From assembly GCF_964204645.1 (NCBI RefSeq), contig NC_134026.1:22230150-22294149 (forward strand): DNA of 64,000 nucleotides, given 5' to 3'. This DNA is from Tubulanus polymorphus (lineage: Eukaryota; Animalia; Nemertea). Numbering within the stretch: position 1 is the first letter of the stretch; the number at the start of each line of letters is the position of its first letter. Under the pieces are notes generated by a model. The model had not been told where the DNA came from, did not search any database, and saw only the letters and a list, made by a program, of their open reading frames with translations. Shown one piece after another: positions 1 to 11,970 of this stretch. The translations under genes and the position numbers were made by a program.

Positions 1-870
1 ATGAAAACCCTGATTTTCTTAGTGAATTATCTCATTCCACATGAATATGTTAGCCAATTTTGCGACCACAGTCAGCTCATAAACCAATATCTCGCAACTA
101 TTTCAATTTCATCCTGTTTGAGAATTTACTGTTATTACTCTTAAGGCCAGCGAAAGGTGATCATACTTTGTATACAATATAAACTAAGATGATATTTCTA
201 CAGACTCTGTGCGCCAAACGGATACATAACATTATTACTGTTTTATTTTACTTCATCTTATCAAATAGTGCCGTTGCTATCATCATGAGCACAGCAAAAT
301 AATAAATAAATTAATCAATCCCAGCAATCAACGTTAATATTTTTACCATATATGAATTATTTAATGGAAGTTTGCTTTACATTTTTGTGTGTATTTTCTT
401 AATTAGTTCACTAACTATATATAATACCCCCACATGTCCTGATGTCTGAGACGAACTTCTATGTGAACTGAATGATGCCTGTGTTAAGATGAGTAACCAA
501 GTCCGCCAGTTTCGCGCTTTTTGGCATTTTTTCCCCATATATATTCGAGGAGGCGTCTCTATACCTCCCGAAGATACCAGATATACACAGCTGCTTTTTG
601 AAATGAGAAGAATGAAATCGGTCGCCGCGTTTCTAGTTGTCATGTTTTTCCTTTGCGTTTGTTGTTGTTTTTTCGTCAATCTACCAGACATGGCGACTAC
701 TTATAACGAGAACGAACCGATATTGTACGGATAGTTATAATAAGGATTAAGATCACCAGATGAAGATCTGCCCATCAGTATTTGTCATTGGTCGTCGCTG
801 GCAGAGGGCTAAACGAGTTCGAACATACGTTTATATATTTTATACAACAGAGTGGCGCGTTGCGGGCTTA

Positions 871-1061
871 CTAACACTGACAGCCGCTGTTCTGTTGATT
901 CGGGTTCTCCGTCAGACGCGTGCCCTTCGATTGATTGCTGACGATCGTCGGATCAGAGTCGAGGCTTTCGCTCATTTTGTCGCATATGATATCCACCAGT
1001 CGTTCGAATACGGCTTTAACGTTTATGTTCTCTTTCGCCGATGTCTCGAAAAACTCTAAAC
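871..1061 (-). CDS. Rab3: Rab3 last coding exon (G5 ETSAK, helix 5, hypervariable tail, CxC prenylation motif)
   Basis: ttcag|GT TTA GAG TTT TTC gives (G)[34 protein letters not shown]...SGCQC, then TAG followed directly by TAA. Phase 1 matches both exon-3 copies. Confidence 0.97.
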
Positions 1062-1210
1062 CTGAAAATCGGGACAATGATAGAAAAACACGGATTAGAA
1101 AATGCCTTAACAAATATCGACCAATATTCACATCTTCTGAACAATGTCACATTAATGCAGCCAAAAAGGCAGTTAAAATTGGCTACTACACTTCTCTCTA
1201 TGTACATAGT

Positions 1211-1462
1211 AGCCACGATCGCACAAGCGTTTTTGGCCTGTTCCAAGTTTGGCCAGGAACTACTGTTCACACAGATGCCCACTGGACTTGGTTTGTTTGG
1301 CCCGGCCAAAAACATCGGACCAGGCCCGAGCCAAATTCTAGCATGGGTCAAATTATTGCTACAGGTTTCGGAAGTGACTCATTTCGCTTTGTTTAGGTGG
1401 CTTACATGTGAACGTACTCTCTTATGAGGCATGGGCCAAATCGCCTCCGTGTGATCGCGGCT
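1211..1462 (-). mobile_element. MITE family A copy (Harbinger-like, TIR AGCCGCGATCACAC), internally deleted
   Basis: Ends agccacgatcgcac...gtgtgatcgcggct; internal sequence is homologous to 29176-29518 in the opposite orientation. Confidence 0.8.
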
Positions 1463-4400
1463 GATGTTTAAGATTGTGTAAATGGAGAGAAAAGGGTTAA
1501 AGATAAGCAAAATTTGGCATAAACACAGATATAGACATCATCAGTAGGAAGTCAAATTCAGGACATGCATATCGTTGAAGCTAATTGCCCTATTCAGAAC
1601 GAGTTAATCATCTATCTATTACAGTAATATGTATATACATGGATACAATATTAGCATGCTCATTTTGACATCTGATAATTTGATTATTTACAACTATGAG
1701 CAACATGCCATAAATCTACTACGACTGATGTCTATAAGCGCTTCCTTCAGAAATCTGATGTCAACCTGACTACGACCTACACAAATAACCCGAGATAATT
1801 TCCGCCAAATCTTTTAAATGTCGACGTTAAAGTAGACACAGCAGGTGATGCCGCAAACCAACCCAGAGCAGTTACGCATCAAACAAACTCTTTTCGCGAC
1901 AATTAAACCGGAAATAACAGAAAGTTCACTTCACAAGTTGAAAATTAATTAAATTTCCCAGACGCAGTTGAATCGACCTTGCAATTATTTCCACTCCGAG
2001 CAGTAGCTCTCAATACACGCAGAACACCTATTTGATGACGCAGCCTGCAGTGGCAATATTAAAGACTCTTTGATGTTTTCGGATTGTCGTTATTATTTCA
2101 GTTTCGTATACATGACCGCCTCGGGTAGCCTTACATACTCACGTTGTTAATACTTATCGATTGATTAGTCTCCGCACCTTAGAGTCAATTTTACCAGGGC
2201 GGATTCAAAAAATGAATTCTCAGCGTATTGACTTCTACTCGAAATGCCTGAATTCCATAACTTCACAAGGGGAAAACACAATGTATATACAGCAAAACAT
2301 TTCTGGGTGTTGAAATAATTGAAATCTGCCAATTCAAAGAAATCAATTCATTTCAAGTACTGTTCTCCCTATATAACAGCCAGCCGGTGCTACATACAAA
2401 TTGATTCGAATCCATGAGTCGAAATATTATAACGCGCTATTTACTTTATCAGAACCTTAATATTGATTCTCTGGGTGACAGTGCAATGACGGATAATGTA
2501 CCCCGTACTCTGTATGTGCACGCTGATAATGAAATAAATATTCAAATTCAAACAACTGTAACAGAAGATCGCAAGTTTTCTTCTATCAGATCTTCTCCAT
2601 CAGTACTGATCGTACTAGAAATGACTTTCCTATTCTAAAATCCGAATTCAGGTGAAGTGTACTGCATCGATCAATCAATTATGAATTCAAGTTCAATTAC
2701 GATATTCAATTTACTGCAGATGTTGAACAAATTATTGTCGAGTACGTTTAATTTGTGCTTAGAAATGAGGTAAGTTTAAAGATTGGGGACTTCGTCTGGT
2801 GGATGTAATTATTTTCTCATTTTGATTCGCGAATCAATACGCGGTTAACATTCATCGGTAATGGAATCAGTTCGTAATTTGTTCACAACTATCTCCGATT
2901 AATCGAAGAATAGACTAGGAAACAGCGAACCTGTTAACGCACCCTGTATGTCCATTAACAAATAAAACACGCAACCACTAATCGTTGACGCTTTCGTCGA
3001 AATGTCAAATGATTGTTTGCGTTATTCATCTTCTGTAGCGGATACAAGTTACAATGGTTGTCTTTTTATGTAGCATTTCAAATGGCATAATTATTACCAG
3101 GTACTCAATTCATTACTGAAACATACCTATAACCACCATCTAAAACAACCAGATGCAATGGATAAACAAACAAAAACCAATGAGATATCATAATTAAACT
3201 AAAATGGGCTCAGTTCGACTGTTGTGAGTTAGATTTGACGGAGTTGAATTTAGGCTAAAAAGTCTATTGTTTCCCCTTTCTTCTGAGCTTAGAAGTTGAC
3301 CCGGCCAACCGCCAATCTACCCTGTACATAAGTTTTTTACCATAACTATAGCTACAGAAATGAACTGATAACAAATGTCGCAAAGGTGTTACAAAAAGTG
3401 ACCAGGCCAGCTAGGAGAAACAAGGTATCTTTTTTAGCCTTAGCTACAAATCGCAAATTCTAACAACGAAACCACCAGTATAATTATTAGAACCGGTTCT
3501 ACTATTTTCATTGTAAAACCTCAGTTCAATAATCTTGAGAGTTCACCTGATAAACATGAGAATAGATATATACACATCATGACACAGTTCCATAATCATG
3601 AGTTAAAATTTCAGTTACAAAAAATTCAGATCGTCAACTCGACTTTGAACCGAGAAATATTGAACCGGTCTAAGCAAACATTCATAGACCCCGATATTGA
3701 CTTATCTCGAAAATTATGTGAAACCTCCGTGTAAGACATAACTGGTTTCACGGGTGACTACACAACACAATGCTGAATCGAAATCAACTTCAAACTGCGA
3801 CCCATCCATGCGCACGACGAACGATAGTGAATTAATTTCTAAATGTTCTGTTCCGTTGTTCGCATCGATGAAATTCGCACCAGTCAGAGAGATAAGAGAG
3901 ATTATACATGAAGATTTCAACGTAGGGAATTGTGTGTTGGTTCGTGACATGTCTGCGATCTTCATGCTAAAGTAAATTCAGACTCACGATGAATTACGGC
4001 GACGAGATCTGTGCACCTATGTTTGAAGTTGGTTTACATCATTGACATTGTGCATGTGTGTCCCCTTAAATGGTATTGAAAAATGCTCTATGTGCATTTT
4101 GTTTGTGGGTTAACTGTGCTTAAAATCAGTATGTGCAAAGTATGGACTTCCACAGATAAGATGGCTGTCTCGATGAATTCCATGGTGACATCACCAAATT
4201 ATGTAGTCATTCATTAACTCAGCTAATCGGCAATTAATCGTAATTAGTGATGCCATATGGGGATTTTGAGGAGGCAGCTTTCTTTTCTCTGGAAGGGTTA
4301 TGTCGATGGCAAATCAAAACCTTCCCAAATATGATTTAGAATTGATTTACCACCATGATGTGTCAATAACCTATCCGAATGGCCTCATGACAAGTTGCAG

Positions 4401-4710
4401 AATATCTACCGGTAACCATATTCATGGCCAGGGTTGTGATGAGAATTTAGTGGCAAAATGTTTAAAATCCTTTTTGATCATGGGCCCAAATGCCTTTTTG
4501 TCATTCATGCCCCAACATACCAAATCAAAAACAACATGCAAATTCATCCACTGAAAATTACACCTACGATTCATCTACAATTCAAGCAACTGACCAAGTG
4601 ACGAGTTACCATCAAACACTGCATCTACTTAAGGAAAAGGTCACTTCTACCAAGGACTCTAAATCATGCGAGATATAGAGCCCATGTTTCTACTGAACAC
4701 ATATCGTTAC

Positions 4711-4835
4711 CTAGTTGATCTGCGAGCTGTTTTCCACGTTCTGTCGAGACTACGCGTTCGTCTTCAAGGTCGCATTTGTTTCCCACTAGCACGACCTGCG
4801 CGTTGTCCCATGAATATGTCTTGATTTGGGTACAC
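4711..4835 (-). CDS. Rab3: Rab3 exon 3b (canonical copy, 125 nt, G4 NKCD)
   Basis: aattgcag|G TGT ACC...CAA CTA G|gtaacg; encodes (W)[41 protein letters not shown](G), typical Rab3 sequence. Confidence 0.96.
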
Positions 4836-4887
4836 CTGCAATTTACCACACATAAAAGATATGATACTTCAGGGCTTGCATATTCAC

Positions 4888-4984
4888 CATAACCGGCCAG
4901 CGAGCTGTTGGGTACAACAGCCATGTCTCTGTGGTCATTTTTGTTATTTTATTGACCAGTAATACCTGTGCATCACTTGTGCAC
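4888..4984 (-). pseudogene. Degenerate third copy of Rab3 exon 3 (pseudo-exon)
   Basis: tttttgtag|G TGC ACA AGT GAT GCA CAG GTA TTA CTG GTC AAT AAA = (W)[12 protein letters not shown]; distal AACAGCTCGC matches exon 3b; ends ATG|gtgaat. 97 nt, with deletions and a frameshift. Confidence 0.65.
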
Positions 4985-5114
4985 CTACAAAAAAGCATGA
5001 AGTGGTGTGGTTGCATGATGTCTCCCATCACCATTTTTGAGAGCTGAAGAGTAAGGTGAATGAGGAAAGTATCAGCCACCGAGCAACTAGCGTATGAGAA
5101 TTGAGGAGTACATA

Positions 5115-5355
5115 AGCCACGTTCACACTATGTCATTTAGAACATTCCAAACTTGAAACGGTCAAATTTTGATCAGACCAAGCATTCATACTACCTAAGT
5201 CTGTTCTAAATTGGCCCATTCCATGTAAAAACAGACTTTAGACTGAGCCAAGTCCAAATTAGGTTAGAACAGACCTTGCCTCTATGTATGAATGAAAAAT
5301 TCGCTTTGATAGCCCTTCCAGACCAAATTAGAACAGTGACAGTGTGAATGCGCCT
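5115..5355. mobile_element. Degenerate MITE with (GC)GTTCACACT-type TIRs
   Basis: cacgttcacactatgtca ... tgacagtgtgaatgcg; termini resemble those of 62216-62627. Confidence 0.5.
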
Positions 5356-7507
5356 ATAGTGCAGTCTGTTCTTAGTGAGATTTCTCTTTTCAGAAGTAAG
5401 ATAAAATTGAATTGGGAGATCACCAAAATGCATGAGACTACATCGCAGGATTTCTCTTGTTATTGAATCCTAAAGTGCATTTGTTTTCTGGAAAAGAGAA
5501 GTTGACAACACGTCTCTTTTTACTAGCATTGCTAAAATATTTAATGATCAGATTTTTTATAAAATATCACAAGGGGATAGGGTGTCCATAAATGCGAGCT
5601 TAGAAGGGTGGGGGTAGTGCAAAGAGAAATGACTGAAACAGAAACACTGTTTGATGTCCATCTAAAAATCTTTCTAGGAAAAAAATAAGCAACATAAGGA
5701 GATACAATCGTAACGGTAAGATAATCCGGCTTTTTCCCGTCGCTGAAAAGAAACGTGCTATAAGATCGTAGATGAAAAGGCTTTTAAAACATCCAGTTAC
5801 CCATGACATGTATTAACAAACACCAAGGGTGTAGGTATGGTCTGCACACACACATAATATACATATGAATATAGGGAGGATGCAGAAGTGCTCGGTATAC
5901 GTGATCTTAGAAACCTATAACTTATTATGGCATTGCTTTGTTTGATTTCAACAATTATGCAAGAGCGTTACGCACAAAATCAATTCACATTAATTCATCA
6001 CAGAATCTATTCATTTTCAATCTGAGTGCAGGATAGGATATGGAAGCTGAACGGAGGAACGAAAGAGGAAGTTTCTCCTACGTTAGTTTTGTTTGTAATA
6101 TCGATATTTTGCGCGTTCGTAATGCGCAGCAACAAATGCCAACAGCACGAATGGGCGCTAAAGTAAACATACTTTCTATTCTGTTTATCAATGTTCACAG
6201 GTTTGTTCAGAAAGCATCGAAATGGTGTATGACGAAAATAATGGTGTCTGATTAGCTATTTATCCAGTCAATAAGTTTGTGAAAATTTGACATCTGTAAG
6301 CAAAATATTCTGTGATGATAATAACCATAATATCTGTATTTGAAGTATGTGAATTTGCGACGAATTCCCTTGTAGCACAATCATCGTTGCAAAGCAGCTA
6401 CCGTCACAATCCAGCCCCCGCAATGGTGAATCGGCTGAAACGCATGAAGACAGAACACAATTAACTCACGCCAATCCCACTACGGCAATCTCATCAGAAA
6501 GTGTTGCATATCAACATTATTTAGAATGGTTCATTCGAATTTCATTTAAGCCAACAAAGACGTAATGTGCATTCGCTAGTTTTCTCGCGCTCTCTGTCTC
6601 TGGTACGGAGTGGGTAGCGCAATGCGACTGTCGGCTACAAGATAACAACACCTTTGCTTCTGCGCATTTCTTGGAAGTCAACATCAAAATATTTATGAAA
6701 CTTTGATTCAACCGAAATGATTTTTCTAATGTATTTTGACAACACTATCAATGGGGTAAATATCACGGGTGGCATTTAGAGTTAATTGCATTCAGCGTCT
6801 GCCTTCAAATCGACCATGCTTCTTCTTACCTCGAGTTAAGTTTCATCATGGATCGGCTTGACCTTTATTGCACCTACCTTATTTAACAAACGCAAGATCG
6901 CCCGACTTAAAGCCCGAACCCGAATTCAATTAAAACCTGAGGACCCGTAGATGATCCGTGATACCATCACCAATCCCTGAGGTACTGGCGGCGTACACAT
7001 CAAACATTATCGATTACCAATTACCATTTTGAGATATATATATATTCAAATACGAAATCTATGTATAATCAATGTTAATTTATGCAAATCAAATAATCAC
7101 TTTGACGTGCACTGATTAATCGTAGGGAGAATTGTTTTTGATTTGTGTGATATAGATGTCGTTTATCGTCTGCAAAACGCACCGAAATCAATCGATTATG
7201 GACAGACGTATAATTCACTTAAGAAATGCAGCAGACGAACTTGATATTGAAATATACCCGTCCACGAACGGGTAATCCGTTTAAACCAGATTTTGAAAGT
7301 ATCGTTAATCGATACAAACCGATAGGCCTCGACAAATAATAGGCAAACGTTCATATTACACAGTATCGATAATTTTTGATCCAGCGGCTCCATGTGATTA
7401 GTTAGCAATCCATCACCGAGGTTATTGTCCAACAATGACCCGAATGGTTGGTTATGGAATGTAGAACGTAAAACGACCGTCATTGTTCCGAGGATTTAGT
7501 TGGTTAC

Positions 7508-7632
7508 CTAGATTTTCGGCGAGTTTTTCGCCGACTTCCTTGTTGACCTTGCGGATGTCTTCACGGTCGCATTTATTTCCGACTAAGAGAACCTGTGCAT
7601 CCTCCCAAGCATGGGTTTTTATTTGTGTTACC
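7508..7632 (-). CDS. Rab3: Rab3 exon 3a (divergent alternative copy, 125 nt)
   Basis: Pyrimidine tract, cctaacctcag|G GTA ACA...AAT CTA G|gtaacc; encodes (W)[41 protein letters not shown](G). Same length and phases as 3b, no stops. Confidence 0.9.
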
Positions 7633-7735
7633 CTGAGGTTAGGAGAGGAGAGAGAGAGACATTTTATATACAAAGTATATCTGATCGTACAGACACCCTA
7701 GTGGTTTCAGGCATATCAATATGCAACAAGAAACA

Positions 7736-7931
7736 TTAACCCTTTCCTGCCCTGTTGCTAAACTGCTGGCCTCTGATATCAGAACTTAGAAAATGACACC
7801 AAGTATTGTAAATTCTTTCGTTAAAAGTAGTACCGGTATACAGTTCAAAAATCATTTTCTGGATTTGTACAAATTGTGGCCCGGTTCATCACTTAACCTT
7901 CATTTAAAACAAAAGGGCATGAAAGGGTTGA
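7736..7931. mobile_element. piggyBac-like MITE
   Basis: ttaa-ccctttcctgccc ... gggcatgaaaggg-ttga: CCCTTT TIRs with TTAA-like flanks. Confidence 0.65.
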
Positions 7932-8744
7932 AAAAAATTGAAATACTCATTTGCAAAGGCTCATGAATCATCAAAATTCTTATTTCGAGAGCATAGATTT
8001 ATAGATTTTAAAATGGCAGTCACAGATCTCTGTCAAAGCGATGAGATTAAGGCGGTTGCCGTATAGCGACTTAATCACATCGCTAAATGAATCGATCTCG
8101 ACTCGAGAGACTTCCCGTTCATGATAATTTAATGCTAAGTTAACATCTCTCGCTAACAAGATTTGTTTTCTTTTGCTCGATAATAAGCTGCAAAAATCCA
8201 ATTTTGCATTGAATTTATGAACTGGAAGAAAAGCCAGAAAGACATTATTTCTTCAAACGTGGAAGTACCTTACTTTAAATTGTTAAGAGTGGGCTTCATG
8301 CAGATAGAGGAAACACAGCAATCATTCTCTTCATAATGTTTAATCACATTCGAAAATATCAATATTCAACCATAAAGAACTATCTTGGATATTGATGTTA
8401 TGTTGGCTATGTAAGAGCGAGCTCTGCAGTTGAAATTCAAGCTCTGCAGAATACATTTATATTGATCAGTCAGATCTGATGTTAATTCACCAAAATAGCT
8501 AGTATTTGGTTTTTTGAAACATTAACAAGTTTTATGACCGAACCAAAATGTATTATCAATTGTTTAAAATAGGAGTCTAGAATTCAGAAACCGAGATTTG
8601 TAAATCAAACCAATTTGAATCCCTAGTGATGTGGAATATATTCATTAACTGCAGAACTGGTTCTTGAGTATGTTGCAGTATTATATGGTCTAGTATCCCG
8701 TAGAAAAGCACCTACGAGCTCATAGCTATTGGAGCCAACACATG

Positions 8745-8761
8745 CCCCCCCCCCCCCCCCC
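8745..8761. repeat. C17 homopolymer (G17 in the Rab3 pre-mRNA)
   Basis: Read directly. Confidence 0.95.
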
Positions 8762-9552
8762 GCTTACGCATTGTAACAATGCTGTTAATTTAGCTGCACA
8801 ATGATTACCAGTAATTTCTCCGTCATGGCAAACGATGCGAAGAAACGATGCAGCCATTCATCACCAGACTCCATCGCCGACGCCGCCGCATCCATGACAA
8901 CGGGCCGCGATTTATTGGCTCTAAGTCACGATATAACATCCATTATGTTCATAAGCTGATCAACAGATTTTTCAATAACGAATGCAGTTATACACGCGCC
9001 CGGATTCAGATTTATTACACGTTACAACCACACAGGGTAGGCTGCGAGTAACTTAAGAGATGCTTTCCGTGCGTTACTAAGGACGTTTTATGCCGGGGCA
9101 TTGGGTGTTGAGAACGTTATCATTAAAAGTTAAAGAGGGCAGCGCTATTGCAATATCATCATCTCGAGAGAAGGTCAAGGGTACAATCGGTAGGAAGATG
9201 ATTTCTTAGAAATGAGTAGGAGTTGCTACTATTATTGTTGCTCAACCGGGAACTTCCCGGAGTCAATGATGCACGCGATAAAAAGAATCGATGGTGCTTT
9301 ATAATTTCATTAGCGGATCAATATAAGGACATCAAATGAATTGATCATTTCTATATTTAGTAAATGAACTTTGTCATCATCAAAGTGAAGGTTCGGCCAT
9401 TGAGTCAGCATCAACGACGACGTACTAACAAGTGAGTCGGTCTTATTAATGGCGAAATTGAATTAGCAGATGACAGGATGAACTGAAAACCCTTCAAACT
9501 CATTCGAGCACACGCAACGAGTAGATCTACGTAAAAGTCGGCGAACACCTAC

Positions 9553-9671
9553 CAATCTTGAACGGCGTTGAATGACTCTTCGTTTGTGACATCGTACATT
9601 AATATGAAACCCATAGCACCTCTGTAATACGCAGTTGTGATCGTTCGATATCGTTCTTGACCAGCCGTATC
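9553..9671 (-). CDS. Rab3: Rab3 coding exon 2 (G3 DTAGQE, switch II), absent from the ORF track
   Basis: ttcag|GAT ACG GCT GGT CAA GAA...CAA GAT TG|gtaggt; [39 protein letters not shown](W), 119 nt. Confidence 0.97.
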
Positions 9672-9857
9672 CTGAAAGTGAATAGAAGAAATGAAAGCCA
9701 ATGCCATTATATCATATCACAGGTGTTTTCATTCGTTTCTATACTCTGACATTTAATAAATAGCTTATCGACTAATTTAAATGTATGGATTAGTCTAATC
9801 TTTGTCATTGTTAATACTGATTTCCTTGAAATAAGGGCAAATGATATTTACATCCTT

Positions 9858-9911
9858 TGCACGATAAAATCAGGAATATAAGGACTCCTTACATTCCTGA
9901 TTTATCGTGCA
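9858..9911. repeat. Near-perfect 54-nt palindrome/hairpin
   Basis: tgcacgataaaatcaggaatataagga-c-tccttacattcctgatttatcgtgca. Confidence 0.85.
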
Positions 9912-11970
9912 GGACAAAGTTCATATTTTTGTAGAGGTCCTTACGACATCACTGACCTCAAATGCATGGTTACTAATTTGATGGATGTATAAACTAAGTT
10001 TCTACATCCATGCTCTTCCAAGATACTTTTGCACTGCCACAAGCACCAAAATATCTAACCTATCAACAAGTACATTTTCATTCAAAACGAAGCTACTTCC
10101 TAAATTTCCAGAAGAATCAATGGTTTACTTTGCAGCGATTAGACATCAGGCCTGGCAATCAGTCCATTTCCAATCACTATAAAGCTACTTTAACTATAAA
10201 TTGAATATATTGGGCACATAAATAAAGGCATATCGATTTGCTTTCTAGTTACTTCTTTGAGGCAAGATATTTCAGATCTAGCATTACAGTACCAGTACTT
10301 GTTGGTAAGGTGTCGAGGTTCATTTAGGTAATTCTAAGGTGTCTTGACTACCAGCAAGTACATTTGATACTCCAATACAATTTTGCGTGGGCAAGATGGC
10401 AACCATTCGACGTCATTTATTTCATCAGATTACTTTGCGCGAGATCTACAATCCATTAGTACTAAGAGTCCATATGCTGCGAACGCGCTTCTTCGTTTCC
10501 TGACAAGAGGAAGGTCGTGCTAGGCGCATCACCGGTTCGAGAAAAGCTAGGTCGTGAACTAACGACGACATCTTGTATTACCACAAACATCTATAATTCG
10601 TCTTGAAGATTGATGAAGGATGCTGGCGATTAATGCATTAGTCACTAGGCGCAGGGGTTCACTCCTTGTGCCACTACAGGATCGAATTAAACATTCAGGG
10701 GAAGCACGAGTAGACCTCAATCAACTTATCCTCCTGTGAGCGGTAGCAGCCTTGACTGGTTGCTTTTGTTAATCTATTCAACTTCAGGCGGAGGCCTTTG
10801 ATTTCACATTCCGATATACGCTGCCACTATCTTGCAAATCGTCTATCAAGCCTTATTCCGCAATGACGAGTCATCAAGATCAACTTTGCATAAACAGATG
10901 GCGGATTTATGCCATAATTGAAGCCGTTCGCGTCGACTCTCGGCATCGTTTTAATGAATTTTGCACGCAGCGTAGACTGGGTATAGTAATAAACCCGGTC
11001 AATTTTTATGCGGCGCAAACACGGAATAATGATGGAATCGTGTTTGGTGCCAGTTGGTAATGAAATCGCCACTGAACTGATTGGAATACTAATGAGACCG
11101 ACAACGCAGCAGCCCTGAGACTGCGCTTCTATAACGAGAGAGTGGTCTCTTCAAGAAATGAAACCGTGCATAACCGTGTCAGCGCCTGGACAACCAGTTC
11201 TCAATCATCATCAGCCTTTTTTTTAAAGATTATCCAACTCAACTGACTGGAGGCAATTATAGTAAATATTTCCATTATCGCTAATTGCCTACTTAAATCA
11301 TACCCTCGACAACGTTATACTTGACACAATACCTTCGTATCATTAACCAGTGCACTTAGATGGCTTCGTGTATGATTGAATTTTGACCCGATATCGACTA
11401 ACAGCGCCGAGACACGACTCTATCAGAATTTCCAATGAAAACACGGGCAATGATGAAGTTGAAAAAAAATATATGACAACATGCCAGATGCCATGTGAGA
11501 TAGATACTTAGGACTGCGAGAGGAAGTAGGCAGAATACCAAAACAAGTTTTCTTATCGCAAAAAGAGCTTTCGAGACACCTTCCTTGATAAATCTACCGG
11601 GATCGCCGTATTTTGTCATCCGAACATCCCACAATCTCCAATGAACTTTAGAAGAAAAGAGAAACACAGTGAACAATTTTTTTCACGGAGAACTAAAAGC
11701 AAACATCAACAATACAATCGGGGCTTTATTTTGAAGCTTCATATTTGATGTTGTTGATGATATGAAATTGAGCGGATGATAACAAGGACCAAGCATTATA
11801 TTGATTCGTACGTGAGACAAATGTCGTTTCTCTCACAGCAAACATAGTGATTACTTTTTGAAGAGTGACATTCATACGCGTATAATACCTCAGGGAATAT
11901 AAATAGGAGATATATTTGGCTTTATTTGTGAATAAGGCTATCATTCCGTGCGCGTATCTGTTCTATCGGA

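Noticed and set aside
865-873. Stop-codon readthrough of Rab3
   Set aside because: TAG is followed directly by TAA, and an extension would destroy the terminal CxC motif.
935-1427. Overlapping 111-153 aa ORFs
   Set aside because: Antisense to the last Rab3 exon plus MITE sequence; similar pseudo-ORFs recur at other MITE copies.
7452-7673. Second Rab gene or haplotig duplication as the source of exon 3a
   Set aside because: No other Rab exons are duplicated, the flanking introns are unrelated, and divergence is too high for an assembly duplicate.
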